This document shows positions 49,323 to 58,130 of a DNA stretch of 64,000 bases, one piece after another. The translations under genes and the position numbers were made by a program. Location of the stretch: NCBI GenBank assembly GCA_003279715.1, contig QCGY01000004.1, forward strand, positions 32,694 through 96,693. Direction: 5' to 3'. This DNA is from Pelagibacteraceae bacterium AG-390-D18. GTDB lineage: Bacteria > Pseudomonadota > Alphaproteobacteria > Pelagibacterales > Pelagibacteraceae. A model generated the notes under the pieces. That model was not told the DNA's origin. It saw only the letters and a program-made list of their open reading frames with translations, and did not search any database. How positions within the stretch are numbered: position 1 is the stretch's first letter; each line of letters starts with the position of its first letter.

Positions 49323-49547
49323 TTACCAATCGGTAATGTTACTTTTATGATCATTTGCACCATGTCTTTTTTTAGCTAACCTTGAAAGTTCTTCACTTTC
49401 AGATTTGTTAGTAATAACATGCCAACCGATCCAGATCACTATACCAAGAATAACCAGTAAAGTTTCAGTGGATCCAGCTCCCGGATAAACCGCACCGACA
49501 ACTTCCTTCGCACTTAAATGATCTATCCAGTTTGTAACTGTAGCCAT
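49323..49547 (-). CDS. 74-aa single-TM hypothetical protein
   Basis: Strong AGGAGG RBS directly after amt stop; hydrophobic LLVILGIVIWIGWHV. Confidence 0.8.
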   Translation of the reverse strand: MATVTNWIDHLSAKEVVGAVYPGAGSTETLLVILGIVIWIGWHVITNKSESEELSRLAKKRHGANDHKSNITDW

Positions 49548-49559
49548 ATTTTTCCTCCT

Positions 49560-50960
49560 TTACCTGGTTGCTGATGAAACTGCTTTTTCATCTTCTTTAG
49601 CAGACTCCATCATTTCATAGTCTAATCCAGCTATTTCTACTTCACGTGGGATTCTCAATTTACCCATTCCGCTTAGTACTTTAGCTATGATATAGCCTGG
49701 TAACATTCCAAGAACACCAAACATTATTATTGCTCCTAAGAATTGTCCCAGTGGATTGATTGTTGCATAAGTTGATCCGTCCCACATAGCTCCTACACTG
49801 TATCCAGATGAAGGATAGCCATTTAAAACAAACCCACAAATAACAAGACCAACAAAACCAGCATAACCATGTACTGCTACTGCACCAACTGCATCATCAA
49901 TTTTGAATTTACGTTCAACCCAGTAATGAAGTTTGTATGCAATTACAACACCGATCATACCTATGATCATTGCTTGAATTGGATGATATAAATCATTTCC
50001 AGCTGAAGCACAGATGACACCTGCTAGTCCACTTGAGTAAGTCCAGAAAGGATCACCTTTGGCAATCACGTATCCAGCCAATAAACCACCTGATAAAGAC
50101 ATCAGGAAGTTAAAGGTAATACCACTCAGAGTAGTAGGGGTTACATATATGTTTGTAGCCGTCCAATAGGTTACACCTTCCATTCCATATTCAGGCCCAA
50201 GATCAAATATTGGTATATTACATGCCGCATAGAATCCCCAGAAACCAGTATAAATTAAAAATAATCCAACTGTAACTAACCAAGGATTTCTTGGTCCTAT
50301 ATTTCTTGGTTCACCACTTGATGAGAATTTTCCAATTCTTGGTCCTAAAACTACCAGAACACCTAAAGCAAATCCACCCGCAATTGCGTGAATTACTCCT
50401 GATGCATAAGCATCATGGTATCCTAAAATTTTAAGCATCCATCCATCAAAGTGCCATCCCCAAGCAGCATCAATCGTCCAGAATACAGATCCAATTGCAA
50501 TTGCTAAAATTCCAAATGCAAAAGTTGTAATTCTTTCAATGATTGCTCCCGAAACGATAGAAGCAGCTGTCCATGAAAATAGTAAGAATGCAGCCCAGAA
50601 TACTCCACTTATATGATCACCTAAATTGATCGCCATAAATTCTGAGTTTGCTAAATACCATTTAGCACTAAAAGTACTATCGTCCGTAATTAACGCAGCA
50701 CTTTCATTCATTATTGAAGGTGCAATTCCAGGTCCTGTTGGAAATGCCCAGTAAATCCACCATCCAAAGAAAAACCAAGTTACTGTAACTAAAGGTATCA
50801 GCATTGTATTTTTCATAAGAGTATGTTGGTGATGTTTGTATCGAGAAGCTCCGACCTCATACATACAGAAACCGACGTGTATTAAGAACATCAGTACTAC
50901 TGTTACCCAGTAGTAAAATTCTGTAAATATGGTTGTAAGAGCGCCTAACTGATCAGTCAT
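49560..50960 (-). CDS. amt: Amt/Mep-family ammonium or methylammonium transporter
   Basis: YEVG, IVSGAIIER, SGVIH, LGPR, DDAVGAVAVHG, E..GLD. Confidence 0.92.
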   Translation of the reverse strand: MTDQLGALTTIFTEFYYWVTVVLMFLIHVGFCMYEVGASRYKHHQHTLMKNTMLIPLVTVTWFFFGWWIYWAFPTGPGIAPSIMNESAALITDDSTFSAKWYLANSEFMAINLGDHISGVFWAAFLLFSWTAASIVSGAIIERITTFAFGILAIAIGSVFWTIDAAWGWHFDGWMLKILGYHDAYASGVIHAIAGGFALGVLVVLGPRIGKFSSSGEPRNIGPRNPWLVTVGLFLIYTGFWGFYAACNIPIFDLGPEYGMEGVTYWTATNIYVTPTTLSGITFNFLMSLSGGLLAGYVIAKGDPFWTYSSGLAGVICASAGNDLYHPIQAMIIGMIGVVIAYKLHYWVERKFKIDDAVGAVAVHGYAGFVGLVICGFVLNGYPSSGYSVGAMWDGSTYATINPLGQFLGAIIMFGVLGMLPGYIIAKVLSGMGKLRIPREVEIAGLDYEMMESAKEDEKAVSSATR

Positions 50961-50987
50961 TTTCTCTCTCCCATATTAGTTTAAGAA

Positions 50988-51016
50988 ACTTTATGAAATT
51001 TTAAGGGGTGTGACAA
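50988..51016 (-). promoter_or_regulatory. Putative sigma70 promoter of amt
   Basis: TTGTCA-N17-TAAAGT on minus strand, upstream of GGGAG RBS and just after a terminator. Confidence 0.55.
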
Positions 51017-51030
51017 ATAAAACAATCATT

Positions 51031-51059
51031 AAAAAACCTAGTGTGGACACTAGGTTTTT
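51031..51059 (-). terminator. Intrinsic terminator (symmetric) ending the mgs operon
   Basis: AAAAACCTAGTGT-GG-ACACTAGGTTTTT. Confidence 0.82.
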
Positions 51060-51087
51060 AATAAATTATCAACTCTTGATTGTAGTT

Positions 51088-51501
51088 TTAGAATTTTAAG
51101 TAAGCTTTTTTCAAATCAACAAGAGGGTGCTTTGGAGACATTTGAAATTTAACCAAAAGTTCTCTTGCAATCATATCTCTGTCTTGTTGATTATTTGGAA
51201 GTTTAATAGATTTAGGAATAGTCACCCAGCCATTTGCATTTCTACAAAATACCGCAGGTTTTCCTTCTTCATAACCCATATGAACATCTTCTAACCAGTT
51301 AAGATCGTCCCACCCCATAGCTTCTACATATTTTTTTAAAAAAGGAGTGATCTTAGTATAATCAGGTAAAAGATTAACGTCATATCTATATCCAATAGAC
51401 TGGCCAATCATCTTTTCTCTAGCAGATTGCTTTTTAACTCCAAATTTAACTTTAGTAGCTTTTGATTTTGTTTTCACTTTTTTACTTTTTTTTTTAGCCA
51501 T
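51088..51501 (-). CDS. Hypothetical protein with Lys-rich N-terminus, last gene of the mgs operon
   Basis: GAGG RBS, 8-bp gap after mgsC, followed by terminator. Confidence 0.8.
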   Translation of the reverse strand: MAKKKSKKVKTKSKATKVKFGVKKQSAREKMIGQSIGYRYDVNLLPDYTKITPFLKKYVEAMGWDDLNWLEDVHMGYEEGKPAVFCRNANGWVTIPKSIKLPNNQQDRDMIARELLVKFQMSPKHPLVDLKKAYLKF

Positions 51502-51509
51502 GTTTACCT

Positions 51510-52919
51510 CTATATTTTGTGATAGTTATCAACACCAACTGTGTAGTTAGTTCCAGCTAATGGAACTTTTGCTAAAGCAGATGCTTCAGAAGTTAATGCA
51601 GCTAAATCTTCTGGCTCAAGAGAATGAATATTAGTTTTACCACATGCTCTTGCTAAAAGTTGAGCTTCTAATGTCATTGAATGAAGATAATTGTAAACTC
51701 TAAGTGCAGCATCATCAGGATTTAATCTAGCTCTTAGTTTAGGGTCCTGTGTTGCAACACCAACTGGACAACGGCCAGTATGACAGTGATAACATTCACC
51801 AGCTTTTACGCCCATTTCTTTTTCAAAATTAGCTTCTGGGATATCTTTGTTGCAGTTCAAAGCAATCATTGATCCAGTACCAATTGCAATTGCATCAGCA
51901 CCTAATGCTAAAGCTTTAGCCATATCAGCACCATCTCTAACTCCACCAGCATAAATTAGAGTAACTTTTCCAGTTTTACCGACATCATCAATCGCTCTTC
52001 TAGCTTCTCTAATAGCAGCAATACCAGGAATACCAGTGTTTGCAGCAGCAATGTGAGGACCAGCTCCGGTAGACCCTTCCATACCATCTAAATAAATAGA
52101 GTCGGGGTCACATTTTGCAGCCATACGAACATCATCATAAACTTTTGATGCACCAAGTTTTAATTGAATTGGAACTTTATTTTTTGTTAATTGTCTTAAC
52201 TCTTCAACTTTTAAAGCTAAATCATCTGGACCTAACCAGTCAGGGTGACGAGCAGGTGATCTTTGGTCAATACCAGATGGTAGTGATCTCATTTCAGCTA
52301 CTTGGTCAGTTACCTTTTGACCCATCAAGTGTCCACCCATTCCAACTTTTTGACCTTGGCCAATGAATACTTCAATCCCATCGGCTAGTTGAGCATGATG
52401 AGGATTAAAACCATATCTTGATTGAATACATTGGTAATACCATTTTTCAGAATATCTTCTTTCGTCAGGTATCATTCCACCTTCACCAGAACAAGTAGCA
52501 CTACCAGCCATAGTTGCTCCTCTTGCTAAGGCAGTTTTTGCTTCATAAGAAAGTGCACCAAAACTCATACCAGTAATGTAAACAGGTATATCAAGTTCAA
52601 TAGGGTTTTCGCATCTTGGACCAATTATAGTTTTAGTTTCACATTTTTCTCTGTAACCTTCAATTACAAACCTTGTAAGTGTCCCTGGTAAGAAAACTAA
52701 GTCATCAAATGTTGGAATTTTTTTCATTAATGCCATTCCACGCATTCTGTATCTTCCTAGTTGAGACTTGATATGAATATCGTCAATTACCTCAGGAGTA
52801 AAAATTGCATTATGTCCAAGTAAACTTTTATTTCTTTTACCTTCTTCATGTGCATGAACGTCAGCTTTTCCACCAACACTTCCATTGCTTTTTTTCTTTT
52901 TAGTTTTTTTCTTAGGCAT
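51510..52919 (-). CDS. mgsC: N-methylglutamate synthase FMN subunit (GlxD)
   Basis: GMSFGALS, SGEGG, GQGQKVGMGGHL, RHPDWLGPDDL, CHTGRCPVGVATQ. Confidence 0.88.
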   Translation of the reverse strand: MPKKKTKKKKSNGSVGGKADVHAHEEGKRNKSLLGHNAIFTPEVIDDIHIKSQLGRYRMRGMALMKKIPTFDDLVFLPGTLTRFVIEGYREKCETKTIIGPRCENPIELDIPVYITGMSFGALSYEAKTALARGATMAGSATCSGEGGMIPDERRYSEKWYYQCIQSRYGFNPHHAQLADGIEVFIGQGQKVGMGGHLMGQKVTDQVAEMRSLPSGIDQRSPARHPDWLGPDDLALKVEELRQLTKNKVPIQLKLGASKVYDDVRMAAKCDPDSIYLDGMEGSTGAGPHIAAANTGIPGIAAIREARRAIDDVGKTGKVTLIYAGGVRDGADMAKALALGADAIAIGTGSMIALNCNKDIPEANFEKEMGVKAGECYHCHTGRCPVGVATQDPKLRARLNPDDAALRVYNYLHSMTLEAQLLARACGKTNIHSLEPEDLAALTSEASALAKVPLAGTNYTVGVDNYHKI

Positions 52920-53773
52920 TAAATTGCTCCTTTCTTCTCTGTAGGTTCTAAATTATCGTAGTTCCATAATTTTTTACCAGCTACAATTTTTTTCATTTTA
53001 CTGACATCAAAATTCTCTCCAATTTCAGCAACTTTTAATTTTCTTTTTAACCAATCTTGGTCGCTTTTTGTAAGTTCAGCGTCTACAGCATCACTACCAT
53101 AAGAACCAATGCTTCCACCTATGAAAATTGTCCCATCATACATAGAGTCACCTAAATTAATTCCGACGTCTCCAAGAATAATTATTCTTCCTCTTTGCAT
53201 CATGAAACCTGTAAATGCGCCAGCATCACCACCAATAATGATAGTTCCACCTTTCATATCAATGCCAGTTCTTGCACCAACACTACCTTTACATATTAAA
53301 TCTCCACCTCTGATAGCTGCTCCGAAACAAGATCCTGCATTCTTTTCAATAACAACTTTACCAGCCATTAAATTTTCAGCACAAGACCAACCAACTCTTC
53401 CATTAATTCTAACTGTAGGTCCATCACAAGAACCCATACCAAAGTAACCTAAACTTCCTTCAAAAATTAGGTTCAATTTATTAAGTATTCCAACACCTAA
53501 ACTGTGTTTTCCTTGAGGGTTTTTGATAACAATTGTTCCATATCCTTGGCTCATTAAGTTATCTATTTCTTTATTAGCTTCAGGTGCTGACATTTCTTTA
53601 ACGTCAAGATCTGTTCTTTTATTAAAATCAACATCGTATGTTCCAAAATAATAGAAGTTTTCAGCTTCATCTGGGTTAAAAAACTTTTGTTGAGTTCTTC
53701 CTGTTAAAACCTCAGTGTGCATACCCATTGACTGGGCTTTTGATTTTTTCTCGCTTGTTTTTAGATTTGCCAT
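52919..53773 (-). CDS. mgsB: N-methylglutamate synthase GXGXG subunit (GlxC)
   Basis: Beta-helix repeats (GSLGYF, AENLMAG, GIDMKGG, GDSMYDG), C-terminal LWNYD. Confidence 0.87.
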   Translation of the reverse strand: MANLKTSEKKSKAQSMGMHTEVLTGRTQQKFFNPDEAENFYYFGTYDVDFNKRTDLDVKEMSAPEANKEIDNLMSQGYGTIVIKNPQGKHSLGVGILNKLNLIFEGSLGYFGMGSCDGPTVRINGRVGWSCAENLMAGKVVIEKNAGSCFGAAIRGGDLICKGSVGARTGIDMKGGTIIIGGDAGAFTGFMMQRGRIIILGDVGINLGDSMYDGTIFIGGSIGSYGSDAVDAELTKSDQDWLKRKLKVAEIGENFDVSKMKKIVAGKKLWNYDNLEPTEKKGAI

Positions 53774-54705
53774 ACTTTTACCTCCCCATCAAACGGATCA
53801 TATGTATCAATCTCCTGTGGAAGTACTGATCTGATCGCTATTTCTTCTGAACCCATTGCAACTAAATCATCTGACTCGTAAAGAACTAAAGGTTTTGCAG
53901 CCATAGTATCTTTTGCCATTCCCAATGAATCTTTTGTTGCAACAAAATAAGTAAACACTCCATCAAGACCTGATAAAGACTCTTTCATACCTTCTTCAAG
54001 AGATGCTCCTTCTCTCATTTTTTGAGCAATATAAACTGCGATTAACTCTGAATCACACTCTGACATAAATCTCATTCCTTTATTTTCCAAAACTCTTCTG
54101 TTGTTCCAATAATTTGTAAGTTGACCGTTGTGAACAACAGATACATCGCTAAAAGGGTATCCCCAGAAAGGGTGAGCAGATTTAATATCAACACCAGACT
54201 CAGTTGCCATTCTAGCATGGCCAATAGCGTGAGTTCCTACAACTTTATCTAAACTGTATCTATCACAAACCATTTTTGCATTACCAAGATCTTTAATTAC
54301 TTCTAGTGATTTTCCCATTGAAAGGATTTCAACACCTGGGATACTCTCTAATTTTTGAGAAAATTCTAACAAGTCTTTTGCATCATATTTAATTTCATAC
54401 CTTAAGGAATATGGCAAAGTTCTTTCCTCTTTTATAACTCTTGCACCCATTTCAGAAAGATATTGATCTACGATTTTTTTTCTTTCATCATAAACAGAAA
54501 CATCTTCCATAATTGAAGAACTTCCTTCTCCGACATTCTCTCCAACTTTAAATCGCATGATAAAATTTTCTCCATCTGTATCACCATATAGTGCATAACC
54601 AGTTGAATCTTCACCCCTATGTTTTAATGCTTGAAGCATACCTTGTAATTCACTTCCAACATTAGAAGACTTTCCTCTATGAATTAAACCTGCAATTCCA
54701 CACAT
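53761..54705 (-). CDS. mgsA: N-methylglutamate synthase class II amidotransferase subunit (GlxB)
   Basis: N-terminal MCGIAG, RGEDSTG, GHARMATES, AHPF, VHNG, DSE. Confidence 0.88.
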   Translation of the reverse strand: MCGIAGLIHRGKSSNVGSELQGMLQALKHRGEDSTGYALYGDTDGENFIMRFKVGENVGEGSSSIMEDVSVYDERKKIVDQYLSEMGARVIKEERTLPYSLRYEIKYDAKDLLEFSQKLESIPGVEILSMGKSLEVIKDLGNAKMVCDRYSLDKVVGTHAIGHARMATESGVDIKSAHPFWGYPFSDVSVVHNGQLTNYWNNRRVLENKGMRFMSECDSELIAVYIAQKMREGASLEEGMKESLSGLDGVFTYFVATKDSLGMAKDTMAAKPLVLYESDDLVAMGSEEIAIRSVLPQEIDTYDPFDGEVKVWQI

Positions 54706-54735
54706 ACTATTTACCCCTTCTATTTTATTTAAGAC

Positions 54736-56205
54736 CTATGGCAGACAATCAAGATAAGTATCCAGATCCCATTGAGTTGTTGCACCTAAAAATCTTTCCC
54801 ATTCATCATTTTTATACCAATGAAAGACTTTATACATTTCATCTGGCATAGCTGATTTAATAACTTCATCTTCAGCTAAACGATCAAGTGCTTGACCAAG
54901 ACTTAAAGGTAATTTTTTAACTTCTTTACCAGCTGCTTGAGCTTCGTACATGCTTCTAGACTCTGGTTTTCCCGGATCAATATTGTTTGAAATACCATCA
55001 TCAAAACATTTTAACAATCCAGAGCCCATTAAATAAGGATTATGCATTGAGTCAACTGATCGATATTCAAATCTTCCTGGTGCTGATACTCTTAATCCAC
55101 AAGTTCTATTTTGATATCCCCAATCTGCATAAACGGGTGCCCAAAAACCTGTATCCCATAATCTTCTGTAAGAGTTTACTGTAGAAGATCCGATTGCAGT
55201 TAAAGCGCCCAAATGTTTCATTACACCACCAATAGCTTTTAATCCAACTTTTCCTGGTAACTGAACATCTTTAGTATCAGGCATAAAAGTATTTTTTCCA
55301 CCCTCAACATAAGTGAATACTTCATCCATAGCAGGTAATGATTTATGACTTAATTTATTAACCTTATCTTTTCCGCCAGTCCACAGAGACATATTTGTAT
55401 GACATCCACTTGCTGAAACTCCCATAAAAGGTTTTGTCATAAAACATGCTATTAAATTAAATTCTCTAGCGACTTGAGCACAAATCTGTCTATAAGTAGA
55501 AAGCCTGTCTGCATTTCGTAAAACATCGTCATACATCCAATTAAGTTCTAATTGTCCAGGTGCATCTTCATGGTCACCTTGAATCATATCAAGACCCATA
55601 GCTCTTGCATATTTCATTACTTGCATAAAAACTGGTCTTAAAGATTCAAATTGATCTATGTGATAACAATAAGGTTTTGAAAAACCTTTTCCTGTCGGAG
55701 TACCATCTTCATTTTTTGTTAGCCACATCATCTCCGGCTCTGTTCCTACTCTTAATTGATACCCGTGTTTTTTCTTAAATTCTTGCGCATGAATTCTAAG
55801 GTTTCCTCGGCAGTCTGAAGTTAAATGAGCACCTGGGTTTTTTCTTTCTTCTCTGTTTCTGAAACAAGTAACAAATACTCTTGCAACTTTTTTATCCCAA
55901 GGAAGTTGACAAAATGTTTCTGGATCTGGAATACCAACAAGTTCTTTCGCTTCTGGCCCATAACCAATGTAATTACCATGACGGTCAGTGAATAAATTGG
56001 CAGTTGCTCCATAAACTAATTGAAAACCTTTTTCACAAGTTCTCTCCCAGTGATCTGTTGGTATTCCTTTTCCAACAACTCTACCTGTGACTGATATGAA
56101 TTGAAAAAAAATGTATTCAATACCAAGCTCATTTATTTTAGCTCTAACCTGCTTTACTAATTTAGCTCTACCTGGTCGGTTTACGTGCTTATCTAGATCT
56201 GTCAT
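54736..56205 (-). CDS. Second glutamine-synthetase-like (gamma-glutamyl-amine) ligase
   Basis: GTEPE, KPYCY, DHEDAPGQLELN, FMTKP..SASGCH, NRT..R, FEYR intact. Confidence 0.88.
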   Translation of the reverse strand: MTDLDKHVNRPGRAKLVKQVRAKINELGIEYIFFQFISVTGRVVGKGIPTDHWERTCEKGFQLVYGATANLFTDRHGNYIGYGPEAKELVGIPDPETFCQLPWDKKVARVFVTCFRNREERKNPGAHLTSDCRGNLRIHAQEFKKKHGYQLRVGTEPEMMWLTKNEDGTPTGKGFSKPYCYHIDQFESLRPVFMQVMKYARAMGLDMIQGDHEDAPGQLELNWMYDDVLRNADRLSTYRQICAQVAREFNLIACFMTKPFMGVSASGCHTNMSLWTGGKDKVNKLSHKSLPAMDEVFTYVEGGKNTFMPDTKDVQLPGKVGLKAIGGVMKHLGALTAIGSSTVNSYRRLWDTGFWAPVYADWGYQNRTCGLRVSAPGRFEYRSVDSMHNPYLMGSGLLKCFDDGISNNIDPGKPESRSMYEAQAAGKEVKKLPLSLGQALDRLAEDEVIKSAMPDEMYKVFHWYKNDEWERFLGATTQWDLDTYLDCLP

Positions 56206-56277
56206 TTATTTCACCCCTCAATGAATTTTAATTATTCAAAGTTAGCTGAAAATTTTATTAGTGTCTAGACTTGAAGT

Positions 56278-57606
56278 TTAACTCCAAGGAAACGGACTGT
56301 TCGATGTTGGATGAAGTTCACCCTTCTCGTAACGGTTGAATCTAAACGGTTTTAATAAATCACTCTCAGTACCAAGAATTTCTTTTGCAACAAGCTCACC
56401 AACACCAATCATCTTATAACCATGGTTAGCATCAGCAATCATATAAACATTTTCTAAAAATCTATCAAAGATTGGAAATGAGTCTGGTGTCATACATCCA
56501 AGACCGCCTGATGGACCTTTTCTATATAAATCAGACTTACCTTCAAATCTTTTTTGACAGTGAGCTAAAGCTGAACACCACATATCGTTAAAAGCTTCTG
56601 TAGTTTGAAATTCTGGAGATTCAATTCCATAAGGATCTACATTTACTTCATCAAAATGCTTATCAACTATGTAAGGTGAAGTTCCACCTTGAACACCTAA
56701 ACCTTCGATATCAGGTTTATAATAAATTCCCCAAATTTTATCTGTAATTAATTTTTTAGTTTTATCTGAATATAGAGGCGCAGTAGAATCCACGTGAATT
56801 ACTGGGGGCTGTTGCCCGTTATTCATTTTTAAAAAGTCTGGCTCAACACCAATTACCCCTTCTTGAAGCATCCAATATTTCCACATCTCAGTTTCATGTA
56901 CTTTACCATCTTTATCTTTGATATTTGCAGTTTTTGGAAGTTCTAACATATTCCAAAAATCTCTAACCCAAGGTCCTGAACCAACTACTACTTGTTCGCA
57001 CTCAATAGTTCCTTTGTCAGTTTCCACTCCAGTAACTGCTTTGCTATTACTTCCTCTTTTAAAACCTGTAACTTTGATACCTTTCATTACTTGAACACCA
57101 TTTGAAGTTGATTTATTTTCAAGTGCTTTAATTGAGTCTTTATTAAATGCATAACCACCTTTTTTTTCATGAAGCACAGATGTAATACCTTGAGCTTGCC
57201 AGTCATCAAACATGCCCTTCATATAATTCATACAATCTTTTTCACCTTCAATAAATTCTGACTCATAGCCAATTGCTTTTTGTTGTTCGTAAATAGTTGC
57301 AACATCTTCATGCATTACTTCTGGTGAAATTTGTAAATATCCAACTGCATTGTACTTAAAAGCTTTAGGGTCACTTTCCCAAACGGATACTGAATGAGCC
57401 ATTAGCTCTCTCATAGCTGGTTGAAAATAATTATTTCTAACAACACCGCAAGCAATTCCACTTGCACCCGCAGCGATATCTTTTTTTTCTAAAACAACGA
57501 TGTCCCCAGGATTTTTATAAGTTTCTGAAAGTTTCCAAGCGGTACTCAAACCATGAATTCCACCTCCGATAATTACTACTTTTGCTTTTGATGGTAATGA
57601 TGTCAT
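56278..57606 (-). CDS. FAD-dependent oxidoreductase (DAO / sarcosine oxidase beta / MgdA-like)
   Basis: GGGIHG, GASGIACGVVRNNY, TPDSFP, ANHGYK. Confidence 0.87.
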   Translation of the reverse strand: MTSLPSKAKVVIIGGGIHGLSTAWKLSETYKNPGDIVVLEKKDIAAGASGIACGVVRNNYFQPAMRELMAHSVSVWESDPKAFKYNAVGYLQISPEVMHEDVATIYEQQKAIGYESEFIEGEKDCMNYMKGMFDDWQAQGITSVLHEKKGGYAFNKDSIKALENKSTSNGVQVMKGIKVTGFKRGSNSKAVTGVETDKGTIECEQVVVGSGPWVRDFWNMLELPKTANIKDKDGKVHETEMWKYWMLQEGVIGVEPDFLKMNNGQQPPVIHVDSTAPLYSDKTKKLITDKIWGIYYKPDIEGLGVQGGTSPYIVDKHFDEVNVDPYGIESPEFQTTEAFNDMWCSALAHCQKRFEGKSDLYRKGPSGGLGCMTPDSFPIFDRFLENVYMIADANHGYKMIGVGELVAKEILGTESDLLKPFRFNRYEKGELHPTSNSPFPWS

Positions 57607-57771
57607 ATCTAAACAATATTTTTTGAAAAAAGAAATTAATATAATTTTTTTTAGAACTAAAAATTATATATATTAAGTATAAACTTTAAATTGTTAGAAT
57701 CTGTCACTTATTTAATACTAATTTAATGAGTGTTCATAATGGGTTGGTTTAAATAATTTATCTATCGTTAT

Positions 57772-58122
57772 TTAATAACTTATATTTTTAAGTGTAATCA
57801 AATATTCATTAAATTCATTAATAAACGACTCACTTGGTTTAATATTTTTTACTCGCTGGTCAGTCGATGTTTTTTCTAAACGAAAGAATCCTTTTTCACA
57901 TGCTTCCGTAATTATAAGAGCCGATTTTGGTCTAGATGTTTTAAATAATTTTGTCTTTAATTCTTCAACGGATAATTTTTTTCCTTCTTTATGGGCTGAC
58001 ATTACCAATAACATCATATGATAATGAGAAGGTGATTTTCTAAAAAAATAATTACTAGAAGTATGAGACTGCCTCATTTGATCTTCCCAAAAATCTAGAA
58101 GAGTTTTTTTATCTTTAGGCAT
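57772..58122 (-). CDS. Putative MarR-like winged-helix protein
   Basis: 116 aa, LSVEEL..SRPK...GFF......DQRVK wing motif. Confidence 0.55.
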   Translation of the reverse strand: MPKDKKTLLDFWEDQMRQSHTSSNYFFRKSPSHYHMMLLVMSAHKEGKKLSVEELKTKLFKTSRPKSALIITEACEKGFFRLEKTSTDQRVKNIKPSESFINEFNEYLITLKNISY

Positions 58123-58130
58123 AATATTTT

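Noticed and set aside
51510-54705. Three genes as a fragmented glutamate synthase pseudogene
   Set aside because: Split GlxB/GlxC/GlxD architecture with own starts and stops is the known N-methylglutamate synthase arrangement
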